In this document: positions 18,655 through 27,443 of the stretch, one piece after another
Layout of the letters: each line of letters begins with the position of its first letter
Numbering within the stretch: the stretch's first letter is position 1
Origin: an uncultured Pelagibacteraceae bacterium
Lineage (GTDB): Bacteria; Pseudomonadota; Alphaproteobacteria; Pelagibacterales; Pelagibacteraceae
DNA length: 64,000 nucleotides
Assembly (NCBI GenBank): GCA_902516425.1
Contig: CABXYE010000001.1
Span: forward strand, 123,845-187,844
Direction of reading: 5' to 3'
Notes under the pieces: model-generated
The model's database searches: none
What the model was told of the DNA's origin: nothing
What the model saw: the letters and a program-made list of their open reading frames with translations, nothing else
Position numbers and translations under genes: made by a program

Positions 18655-18782
18655 ATTTTTTTGCTAGAACATCTCTTTGAGCAATACTTAACTCTCTCCC
18701 AATTTAGCTTCCATTTTTTTCTCCAAGTGAAAGGTCTTTTACAAATAATACAGATTTTAAAAGGAAGATTCTCTTTTCTCAC
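18651..18782 (-). CDS. DUF2256 family small Cys protein (43 aa; not in ORF track)
   Basis: GTG start; MRKENLPFKICIICKRPFTWRKKWKLNWERVKYCSKRCSSKKI; overlaps both neighbours. Confidence 0.88.
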   Translation of the reverse strand: MRKENLPFKICIICKRPFTWRKKWKLNWERVKYCSKRCSSKKI

Positions 18783-20272
18783 TAAATTGTGTTTTGTTTA
18801 ATAAATTTTTCTGCAGCAGGAAGAATTAATTTTTTCCTATCAGTTTTCATTTTATCAAAAATTCTAACCATCATTGATAGTCTAGGATTTTTCAAAAAAA
18901 ATTTTCTATTTCGATCAATAAATCTCCAATAAAGACCATCCATTGTATTACACCACTCTCCTTTTTTAAAATCCATCATTTTCATAAAATAAGCAGATCC
19001 ACAGATATAAGGTTTGGTTGCAAATATCCCACCATCACTGAATAATCCCATACCATAAACATTTGGCACCATTACCCAGTCAGAGGAGTCTACAAACATT
19101 TCCATAAACCATTTGTAAACAACAATTGGTTTAATCTCACAAAGGTTCATGATGTTGGATAAAATCATTAGTCTTTCAATGTGATGAGACCATCCGTGGT
19201 TAAGAGCATTTTTAATTGCATAATCGAGTGGTGGTAAACCAGTTGTTCCATCATACCAGGATTTTTTCATTTTTTTATTTTGATTAAAAAAATTTCCAGT
19301 TTCCATCTCATTCGAGTAACTTTGGTATATTCCTCTCATAAATTCTCTCCAACCAATTACTTGACGTATGTAACCTTCTAAAGAATTTAATTTAATTTTT
19401 TTACTTTTATGAAAGTCGAGAACTTTATTGATAATCAACTCAGGCGTGATCAGGCCTAAGTTGATATAAGGACTTAAAGCACTATGAAATAAGATATTAT
19501 CTTTTTGGTCAACTGCATCTTCATAATCGCCGAATAAATTTGATTTTTCTTTTATAAAAAAATTTAAAAGCTTAATGACGTCATTATATTCTGTTGCATA
19601 CCAAAAATTATCTGTTTTACCAGGATGATCCTTAAATAATTTCTCAATAATTGGTTTTAATTTTTTTGTGTGGTTTGTTTCATTAATTTTTGGAAATTTT
19701 GGAATAGAAATATTTTTAGGTAATTTATTTCTATTATCCTCATCAAAGCTCCATTTACCTCCTATTGGGTTTCCATCTGGGCCCATTAATATTCCTGATT
19801 TTTTTCTAACATCCTTGTAAAAGGTTGCCATAAAAGGTTTTTTTGATTTAGATAAATATTGTTTAAATTCATCTCTTGAATTTAAAAACATTGGAGTTTG
19901 TATAACATTCCACTTTAGTTTTTCTTTTTTAACAAATCGATTAATTTTTTTTTCAAAAAATTTATCTTCAACTTCAAAACTTGAAATTTCTTTTATTTTT
20001 TTTGAAATTATAACTTTCTTTAGTTTCTTTAAATAATCATCTTTAAATTCTTTATCTTCAATTCTAATATATTCTAATTTAAATTTATCCTTTTTAAGAC
20101 TTTCAGCATGTGACCGCATGGAAGATAAGTAAAGAAGTATCTTTTGTTTATGATGCTTTTCATAAGTACACAATTCATAATCTTCGGCCATGAAAAATAG
20201 ATGGTCTTTTTTGAAGCGATCTAAGTATTTTGATGGAAATAATTGATTTCCCAGTATAAAGAATAAGTTCAT
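18782..20272 (-). CDS. Bacterial cryptochrome/(6-4) photolyase (PhrB/CryB class), lacking Fe-S cysteines
   Basis: ILGNQLF, HKQKI, GGKWSFDEDNR, FGDYEDA, HSALSPYINLGL, RQVIGWREF, HHIERLM, TKPY. Confidence 0.9.
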   Translation of the reverse strand: MNLFFILGNQLFPSKYLDRFKKDHLFFMAEDYELCTYEKHHKQKILLYLSSMRSHAESLKKDKFKLEYIRIEDKEFKDDYLKKLKKVIISKKIKEISSFEVEDKFFEKKINRFVKKEKLKWNVIQTPMFLNSRDEFKQYLSKSKKPFMATFYKDVRKKSGILMGPDGNPIGGKWSFDEDNRNKLPKNISIPKFPKINETNHTKKLKPIIEKLFKDHPGKTDNFWYATEYNDVIKLLNFFIKEKSNLFGDYEDAVDQKDNILFHSALSPYINLGLITPELIINKVLDFHKSKKIKLNSLEGYIRQVIGWREFMRGIYQSYSNEMETGNFFNQNKKMKKSWYDGTTGLPPLDYAIKNALNHGWSHHIERLMILSNIMNLCEIKPIVVYKWFMEMFVDSSDWVMVPNVYGMGLFSDGGIFATKPYICGSAYFMKMMDFKKGEWCNTMDGLYWRFIDRNRKFFLKNPRLSMMVRIFDKMKTDRKKLILPAAEKFIKQNTI

Positions 20273-20299
20273 AGTTAAATATAACTAATAAAATTTTTT

Positions 20300-21010
20300 A
20301 TGTCAGAAAAATATCTAATTTTTGGTGCGACAGGTTCAATCGGATCTAGCTTGGCCGAACAAATGGTAAATTCAGGATTTAATGTGCATTTAGTTGGGAG
20401 AAGCGAAACTGAAACAAAGAATATTTCTGATAAATTAGGTTGTACTTTTACAATCGCTAATGTTTTGGAAAACGGTTTTATAGAAAAAGTTAAAAATGAT
20501 ATTTCAGAAGTTAAAGGTGTTGCTTACTGTGTAGGTTCTATAGACCTAAAACCTTTAAGAATGGTAACAGAGAATGATTTTAATAAATGTATGAAATTAA
20601 ATCTCTATTCAGCAGTTGAGGTTATCAAAGGTTATCAGGAAAGTTTAAAAAAAACTAAAGGATCAGTAGTTTTATTTTCAACTGTAGCTGCTCAAAGAGG
20701 ATTTACCAATCACGCAATAATAGCGTCTACAAAAGCTGCTGTTGAAGGTTTAACGGTATCTCTAGCCGCTGAATTCGCTCCAAACATTAGAGTGAACTGT
20801 ATTGCCCCAAGTCTGACTAATTCGAAAATTGCTGAACCAATGTTAAAAAATAAAGCATTAGCGGATGGGATAGCTAAGGCACATCCTTTAAAGAGGTTAG
20901 GTGAAGGTAAAGACTCAGCTTCACTGGCAAAGTTTCTTATTACTGACGATAGCTCTTGGGTTACCGGTCAGATTATAGCTGTTGATGGCGGTAGATCAAA
21001 ACTTTCCTAA
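20300..21010 (+). CDS. SDR family oxidoreductase
   Basis: GATGSIG Rossmann motif, IRVNCIAP, WVTGQIIAVDGG. Confidence 0.9.
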   Translation: MSEKYLIFGATGSIGSSLAEQMVNSGFNVHLVGRSETETKNISDKLGCTFTIANVLENGFIEKVKNDISEVKGVAYCVGSIDLKPLRMVTENDFNKCMKLNLYSAVEVIKGYQESLKKTKGSVVLFSTVAAQRGFTNHAIIASTKAAVEGLTVSLAAEFAPNIRVNCIAPSLTNSKIAEPMLKNKALADGIAKAHPLKRLGEGKDSASLAKFLITDDSSWVTGQIIAVDGGRSKLS

Positions 21011-21011
21011 A

Positions 21012-22076
21012 GTGAAAAGCATAGTCGTAACAATATTCTTAGTTTTATTTATAGCAACGCATTCAGTTGCAGAAAAATTTAATTTTAAAAAAATTATAGA
21101 TTTGAAAGGTCCTTGGGGTTCAACTTTTGTTAATAATAAAGAGTTATTGATCACAGAGAAAAGTGGATCAATCAAATTAATCAATCTTAACACAAAAAAA
21201 ATTTCTAATATTAATCATAACCTTAATTTTTTAGAGCATGGCCAAGGCGGTTTGTTAGATGTTCTTTATAAAAACAATTTTGTATATATTTCGTATGCTG
21301 AAAATAGGGGCAATGGAAAAACAAGCACTTCAATAGCAAAATCAAAATTTAACAAAAAAGATTTTATCTTTAAAAATATTTTTCAAGCAAATCCGCCTAT
21401 TAACTCTGGATATCATTTTGGATCACGGTTAGCTATAAAAGATGATTTTCTGTTTGCATCTGCTGGTGAAAGAGGAGAGGGTATGATTGCACAAGATCCT
21501 ACTAAACATCCTGGCAGTATTATTAGAATTAATATTGACGGAAGTATCCCAAAAGATAATCCAAAATTTCAAGGTAAATCAGATTGGCTTCCAGAAATTT
21601 ATCAAATTGGAATCAGAAATCCTCAAGGTTTAACTTTGTCTCCATATGATGGAAAAATTTATATGAGTAATCATGGAGCGAGGGGGGGTGATTGGTTTGG
21701 TGAAGCAAAAATAGGTGAAAACTATGGATGGAAAATTTTAGGATGGGGTGGAACAAACTATTCGGGCATTCCAATCGGGCCTAAGTGGAAACCGGGATTT
21801 ACAAAAGCAATACATTATTGGGTCCCATCTATCGCAACAAGTGCGATAACAATCTATAAAGGTAAAGAATTTAATGAGTGGAATGGACATGCTCTGATTA
21901 CTTCACTAAAAGATAAGTCTTTGAGAAAATTAATATTTGATGACAATTTAAATGTGAAAGAAGATATTATCTTTAAGGATAAAATTGGGAGAATAAGAGA
22001 TATTCAAGTACATCCAAGTAATGGGAAAATTTACTTTTTAGGTGCAGATGCTCTTTGGTTAATGGAAAAAAAATAG
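21012..22076 (+). CDS. PQQ-dependent sugar dehydrogenase (YliI/Asd-like)
   Basis: GQGGLLDV, HFGSRL, GERG, GIRNPQGL, GRIRD; probable start at GTG 21012 followed by a signal peptide. Confidence 0.88.
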   Translation: MKSIVVTIFLVLFIATHSVAEKFNFKKIIDLKGPWGSTFVNNKELLITEKSGSIKLINLNTKKISNINHNLNFLEHGQGGLLDVLYKNNFVYISYAENRGNGKTSTSIAKSKFNKKDFIFKNIFQANPPINSGYHFGSRLAIKDDFLFASAGERGEGMIAQDPTKHPGSIIRINIDGSIPKDNPKFQGKSDWLPEIYQIGIRNPQGLTLSPYDGKIYMSNHGARGGDWFGEAKIGENYGWKILGWGGTNYSGIPIGPKWKPGFTKAIHYWVPSIATSAITIYKGKEFNEWNGHALITSLKDKSLRKLIFDDNLNVKEDIIFKDKIGRIRDIQVHPSNGKIYFLGADALWLMEKK

Positions 22077-22133
22077 TTTTTTTAGATACAACTCAGTAAT
22101 TAATTCTATTAAAACTTTGGTCTAAATAAATTT

Positions 22134-23027
22134 ATGAATTGGGTGATCTTTACAGTTTTAGCAGCTTTTTTTCAAAATCTAAGAACGTCATTACAAAAAA
22201 AATTAAATAAAAATCTATCATTAGTTGCCTCAGCATACGTAAGATTTGCTTTTGCTTTACCATTTGCATTTTTATTATTTTTTATTTTTCATAATTTAGA
22301 TGTTATCCCAGAAGTTCTGGATCAAGCTAATTTTATTTTTTACACTTTTTTGGGATCCATTTTGCAAGTTACATTTACAATTACACTATTATATCTTTTC
22401 AGATTTTCAAATTTTGTTGTTGGTACATCGTTGAGTAAAACGGAAGTAATTCAAATTGCTATATTTGAATATATTTTGCTGAAAGACAAATTAAATTTAT
22501 TTGGAATTATTGGAATAATAGTAGCTACTATTGGAGTAATTGTAATAACAATTAAAGACGTGAAATTATTTCTTAAAAATTTTTTTTCAAAAGTAACACT
22601 CATTGGATTAGGTGCAGGTCTTTTATTGGGTCTTAGTGTTGTGTATTTTAGAGCCGCAGCACTATCACTTGAAAATTTTTCTTCTAATTTTGATAAAGCA
22701 CTTACAACAGTTTTTTTTGCTCTGATAATTCAAACTACAGCAGTGACGGCTTATCTTCTAATTTTCGAAAAATCAGAGTTCAAAAAATTTTATAATAATA
22801 AATTTGAAATTTGTTTAACAGGGTTGGCTGGTTTTTTAGCTACATTATCTTGGTTTTTTGCGTTCACTTTAATTCAGGCTTCTTTTGTAAGAGCAGTTGG
22901 TCAAATTGAAATATTTTTCAGTTATATTTCATCTAAATATCTTTTTAAGGAAAAAATAACATTTATCGAGATTATGGGGATTTTAATATTTATAACAGGG
23001 GCAACTTTATTATTACTAACAAAGTAA
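22134..23027 (+). CDS. DMT/EamA family transporter
   Basis: About 10 TM helices, two EamA-like repeats. Confidence 0.82.
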   Translation: MNWVIFTVLAAFFQNLRTSLQKKLNKNLSLVASAYVRFAFALPFAFLLFFIFHNLDVIPEVLDQANFIFYTFLGSILQVTFTITLLYLFRFSNFVVGTSLSKTEVIQIAIFEYILLKDKLNLFGIIGIIVATIGVIVITIKDVKLFLKNFFSKVTLIGLGAGLLLGLSVVYFRAAALSLENFSSNFDKALTTVFFALIIQTTAVTAYLLIFEKSEFKKFYNNKFEICLTGLAGFLATLSWFFAFTLIQASFVRAVGQIEIFFSYISSKYLFKEKITFIEIMGILIFITGATLLLLTK

Positions 23028-23028
23028 T

Positions 23029-23295
23029 CTAATTGTTTAGTAATTTATTTTTGGCCTTTTCAAATTCTTCTTCTGTCAAAACACCAGACTCTTTTAATTT
23101 ATTAAGTTTTTCAAGCTGATTACTTAAGGATTGATCATCATCAAGTTGGTCAGGAGAAATATTATCTTCTTCTTCATCTTTAATTTTTCTGTTAGCTTCT
23201 TTGGCACTAAAACCGGTCATAATGGCTGTACCACCCAAATATAAAACAAAAAGGAAAATTGGAATTACTAAACCAAAAAAAATTAATTTTTCCAT
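23029..23295 (-). CDS. SHOCT domain membrane-anchored protein
   Basis: LEKLNKLKESGVLTEEEFEKAKNKLL; N-terminal TM. Confidence 0.85.
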   Translation of the reverse strand: MEKLIFFGLVIPIFLFVLYLGGTAIMTGFSAKEANRKIKDEEEDNISPDQLDDDQSLSNQLEKLNKLKESGVLTEEEFEKAKNKLLNN

Positions 23296-23298
23296 AAT

Positions 23299-23508
23299 CT
23301 AATCCTCATCCTCTTCCTCTTCTCTCCAATTTTTTTCATACATTAACCAAGCAGCATATATAACTGAAAATGTACCAACTATCATACCATAATCAAAACC
23401 TGTTTGTTGATCATATAGGTACCATCCCAGTTGAGTTGCTCCAATAGTAGGGACTGTTAAAATCAAAAATACAATTGCAATTCTATAAGGATATTTAGGT
23501 TTCTTCAC
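23299..23508 (-). CDS. Small hypothetical membrane protein
   Basis: Two TM segments and an acidic tail; operonic spacing. Confidence 0.65.
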   Translation of the reverse strand: MKKPKYPYRIAIVFLILTVPTIGATQLGWYLYDQQTGFDYGMIVGTFSVIYAAWLMYEKNWREEEEDED

Positions 23509-23544
23509 ATCTTAAAGTATCAAAAAATTTAATGAGTTGTAACT

Positions 23545-24390
23545 TTAAAGTTGCGATCTTTTGAAACACTCTACTGTATTTTTTAATAAACATGCGATTG
23601 TCATTGGACCCACACCACCTGGGACTGGCGTTAAAGCTCTAGCATTTTTTGAAACTTCATTAAAAGCAACATCTCCAACAATGCCCTTCTCTGTTTTATT
23701 GATACCTACATCAATTACTATTGCGTCTTTTTTTACCCAGTCTCCTTTAACAAGCTCAGGTATACCAACGGCTGCAACAAGGATATCCGCTTCTAAACAT
23801 TCGGCTTTGAGATCTTTTGTTTTTGAATGAGTGATTGTAACTGTACAATTTTCTTTCAAAAGAAGTTGTGTCATAGGTTTTCCATTCAAATTTGATCTTC
23901 CAACTATTACAGCTTTTTTTCCATTTAAGTTTGGTTCAATTTTTTTAATTAACAAATAACATCCTAATGGAGTACAGGGAACAGAACTTTTATAGCCTGA
24001 CGAAAGGTTTCCAACATTCATTGGATGAAATCCATCTACATCTTTGGACGGGTCAATTGCCTCTATAATCTTTTGTTTGTCTATATGTTTCGGCAAAGGT
24101 AACTGAACCAAAATACCTGAGACGCTATCTTCTTTATTCAACTCATCAATTTTATCTAAGATAACTTTTTCCTCCACAGAGTCAGGATACTTAACTACCT
24201 CTGATTTTAATCCTACTTCTTTTGCTGATTTCTCTTTATTTCTTACATATATCTGGCTGGGTGTAAGATCTCCAATCAATATAACTGTTAAGCCTGGAAC
24301 TTTGTTATGTTTGTTTTTTAATTCAACTACTTCTTTTCTGAGTTCTTCTCTTAATTCAGCTGCTGCCTTTTTTCCATCTATTAAAATCAT
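23545..24390 (-). CDS. folD: Methylenetetrahydrofolate dehydrogenase/cyclohydrolase
   Basis: YVRNK, GILVQLPLP, KDVDGFHP, TPVPGGVGPMT. Confidence 0.97.
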   Translation of the reverse strand: MILIDGKKAAAELREELRKEVVELKNKHNKVPGLTVILIGDLTPSQIYVRNKEKSAKEVGLKSEVVKYPDSVEEKVILDKIDELNKEDSVSGILVQLPLPKHIDKQKIIEAIDPSKDVDGFHPMNVGNLSSGYKSSVPCTPLGCYLLIKKIEPNLNGKKAVIVGRSNLNGKPMTQLLLKENCTVTITHSKTKDLKAECLEADILVAAVGIPELVKGDWVKKDAIVIDVGINKTEKGIVGDVAFNEVSKNARALTPVPGGVGPMTIACLLKNTVECFKRSQL

Positions 24391-24394
24391 AAGT

Positions 24395-24685
24395 TTAAAA
24401 TATCAAGGGTGCTATATAAAGTTTCATACACATTTCTATAAACCAAATCAATAGAAGTAATATTATGGGTGAAATATCTAAGGATCCTAAATTTGGCAAA
24501 AAACGTCTTATTCTAATTAAAAACGGATCTGTTAAGCGATAAGTTAATTCTAAAATTGAATAAACAAATCTATTTTGAGTATTCAATATATTAAATGCAA
24601 TCAACCAACTTATAATTACATTGGCAATAACTACATAAGAGTAAAGCTTTAAAATTTGTAAAGCCAAATAAAAAATAGCTATCAT
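24395..24685 (-). CDS. YggT family protein
   Basis: SWL, LTDPFL..IRRFLP, LDISPI. Confidence 0.9.
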   Translation of the reverse strand: MIAIFYLALQILKLYSYVVIANVIISWLIAFNILNTQNRFVYSILELTYRLTDPFLIRIRRFLPNLGSLDISPIILLLLIWFIEMCMKLYIAPLIF

Positions 24686-25767
24686 TTTTTTTCAATGTAA
24701 ATAGATGAACTTGGAAATGCAAAGGATGCTTTATTCTTCTCTACTATGTTTTTAATTTCAATTGCCAATCTCTCTTTCACTGCCAGCCACTCATTCCAAC
24801 TATTTGACTTTGTAAAACAACGAACATACATATCAATTGAACTATCTGAGAATTTATCAACTCTTACTGCTACACCAACTTTAGTGTCATAATCTTCACT
24901 GCTATTAATGTAGGCCTCAATTTCATTTCTAATAGTTTTTAATTGATCAACAGTCGAATCATATTGCAGAGTTATAATCCAGCTAATTGCCCAATTATTT
25001 TTCGCACTATTATTAACGACAGCATTTTCTGCAAATTGAAAATTGGGTATGATCGCAAGAGATTTATCAAACTTTCTTATTGTAGTTGATCTAAAACCAA
25101 TTTTTTCAACTATGCCTTCAATAATTCCCTCTACCTGAATCCAGTCTCCGATTTTAAATCTTTTTTCTACCAAAACTAAAATTCCAGATATTAAATTTTT
25201 AAAAAGATCTTGTGCACCCAAAGCAACAGCAACACCAAATAAACCAAGCCCTGCAATAATTGGACCAATTTTAATACCCCACAACTCAAGTACTGCAGCT
25301 AAACCTAATATAAAAATTAATATTTTTAGTGATTTAATTATCCATCCAATAAGTTCTCTTGTTAAAAGTTTGTCTAGTCCACTTAATATATAGGATACTG
25401 GCTCAATTATTTGGTGGATAACCCAAAATATTAAGATTGTAATCAACGTTCTATTTATAGTATCAACTATGTCTCTACCTTCAGATGTGAAAGTCATGTA
25501 ATAGCTCGCTATAAAGAAACCCAGAACGATAGGTAAAAATCTAGCTGGACCCTCTAAAGAACGAACAAAAGTATCATCTAGTTTATTCGTGGTTCTTTTT
25601 GAAATAATTTCTAGTTTTTTGATAACTAATTTACTTATCAGCCCCCTAAAAATTAGAAAAACTAAAAATATAAGAATACCTATTAGTATTTGAAAAATAT
25701 CTACCCCAAGAATTCCTTTGCTCCAAACAGATAGAAATATATCAGAAAAATTATTTATTATTTCCAT
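24682..25767 (-). CDS. Small-conductance mechanosensitive channel (MscS family)
   Basis: AGLGLFGVAVALGAQD, FKIGDWI, IGFRST, FAFPS. Confidence 0.92.
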   Translation of the reverse strand: MEIINNFSDIFLSVWSKGILGVDIFQILIGILIFLVFLIFRGLISKLVIKKLEIISKRTTNKLDDTFVRSLEGPARFLPIVLGFFIASYYMTFTSEGRDIVDTINRTLITILIFWVIHQIIEPVSYILSGLDKLLTRELIGWIIKSLKILIFILGLAAVLELWGIKIGPIIAGLGLFGVAVALGAQDLFKNLISGILVLVEKRFKIGDWIQVEGIIEGIVEKIGFRSTTIRKFDKSLAIIPNFQFAENAVVNNSAKNNWAISWIITLQYDSTVDQLKTIRNEIEAYINSSEDYDTKVGVAVRVDKFSDSSIDMYVRCFTKSNSWNEWLAVKERLAIEIKNIVEKNKASFAFPSSSIYIEKK

Positions 25768-25769
25768 TA

Positions 25770-26468
25770 CTAAATTTTATATAACAAAAACTCCTCTTCT
25801 CCAGGACTAAAAAGAAATATCTTTTTCCATTTAATTTCATTCAATATTGACGAGGCTTTTTCGCCTATACACATTAAATTGGTGTCCTTACAAAGACCTT
25901 CCAATTGATGAAATTTAATAAAGTTTAAAAAACTATGTGCGCTATTTTGAGAATAAATATAGACCATATTCGGCATATTTTTTTTTAATTCTTTTACAAA
26001 TTCTTCACTAAAATTTTTATTATGATTAACTCTATAGTTTGTAATTCTTTTAATTTTATAACCCTCATTTAATAACTCCTTATCTAGATTAACTGATATT
26101 TTCTCTCCACTCACATAAAGTAATTTTCCACTTGATGAATTATAGTTTTGTAAAACTAATTCTTTTAAATTTGAAACATTTCCTCCTGCAGCAAATGTAT
26201 TTTGGAAACCTGAACTTCTTGCCTTTTTTTCAGTAGCTTCTCCAACACAAAAACATTTAATTGTTTTGTTTATTTTATTGAGATTTAAAAATTTTACAGC
26301 ATTAGCGCTTGTAAAGACGATCCCATCATAATCTGTAAAATCGATTTCATCGTGAATTATTTTCTCCACACTTAATAACGGCAGATGAGAAACCTGGTGA
26401 CCCAAAAATTGAAATTTAATAATCATTTCAGAACAATCTTCTAATGGTCTTGTTAATAAAATATGCAT
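25770..26468 (-). CDS. hemD: Uroporphyrinogen-III synthase
   Basis: ILLTRP, FTSANAV, CVGEAT; downstream of hemC. Confidence 0.9.
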   Translation of the reverse strand: MHILLTRPLEDCSEMIIKFQFLGHQVSHLPLLSVEKIIHDEIDFTDYDGIVFTSANAVKFLNLNKINKTIKCFCVGEATEKKARSSGFQNTFAAGGNVSNLKELVLQNYNSSSGKLLYVSGEKISVNLDKELLNEGYKIKRITNYRVNHNKNFSEEFVKELKKNMPNMVYIYSQNSAHSFLNFIKFHQLEGLCKDTNLMCIGEKASSILNEIKWKKIFLFSPGEEEFLLYKI

Positions 26469-26469
26469 A

Positions 26470-27387
26470 TTATCTTTTATAAGAATTATTGGATTTTGAT
26501 TTTAAAATTTCACCAACTTCTTTACCTATTTCACTATAATCCTCTATCCTACCAGTTTTTTTTACATAAAATCTTTTGGAACCATCAAGCGAAAAAAGTT
26601 CAGCTTCTAAAGTGATTTTATTCCCCTCTATATTTGAATAAGCTCCGACAGCTGTTTCGCAATCACCCTCCAAAACTTTCAGGACATTTCTTTCACTGTG
26701 CGCCCTCATAAATGTTTCATTATGATTTATGTTTTTCAAAATTGAGATTATTTTTTCATCTTGTTCTCTGCATTGAAGTGCTATTATACCTTGTCCGGCA
26801 CTTGGAATTATTTTTTCTGGTGAAAATATTTCTGAAATTTCACTATCGAACTCTAAAAATTTAATTCCTGCATAAGATAAAATTATTGCATCATATATTC
26901 CATCCTTTAATTTTTTTAATCTTGTATCAACATTGCCTCTAATAAGTTTACATTGAATATCTGATCTAATTTTTTTGATTTGATATTCTCTTCGAAAAGA
27001 AGAGGTGCCAATAATAGAATTAGTTTTTAATTCTTTTAATTTTTTTTTATTAAATGTAATAAGAATTTCTCTAGGATCATTTCTTTCTAAAAACACATCT
27101 GTTGTAAGGCCTTCGGTTTCCATTGCTGGCATATCTTTAAGTGCATGAACAGCTATATCAACATTTTCATTCATAAGTTCTTTTTCAATATTACTTGAAA
27201 ATAATCCTTTACCACCAAGTTCTGATAATCTCACATCTTCAAACTCGTCACCCTTGGTAGTAATTTTTTTTATAATAATATCTTGATCACTAAAATCTGT
27301 ATTTTTGAGAATTTTGTCTCTGGCTTTTTGAGCGTAAAGTAAAGCTAACTTGCTACCCCGTGATCCAATTATAATTTTTTTACTCAT
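26470..27387 (-). CDS. hemC: Hydroxymethylbilane synthase
   Basis: GSRGSKLA, GGKGLF, AVHALKD, GTSSFRR, RGNVDTRL. Confidence 0.96.
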   Translation of the reverse strand: MSKKIIIGSRGSKLALLYAQKARDKILKNTDFSDQDIIIKKITTKGDEFEDVRLSELGGKGLFSSNIEKELMNENVDIAVHALKDMPAMETEGLTTDVFLERNDPREILITFNKKKLKELKTNSIIGTSSFRREYQIKKIRSDIQCKLIRGNVDTRLKKLKDGIYDAIILSYAGIKFLEFDSEISEIFSPEKIIPSAGQGIIALQCREQDEKIISILKNINHNETFMRAHSERNVLKVLEGDCETAVGAYSNIEGNKITLEAELFSLDGSKRFYVKKTGRIEDYSEIGKEVGEILKSKSNNSYKR

Positions 27388-27443
27388 AAATATACTTATT
27401 TCTTACTTGTATTGAGATTGTACAATTATTAAAAACTATTTGA

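Noticed and set aside
13215-23508. Accessory block as a mobile element or defence island
   Set aside because: No transposase, integrase, terminal repeats or recognisable defence domains; composition looks like the rest of the window
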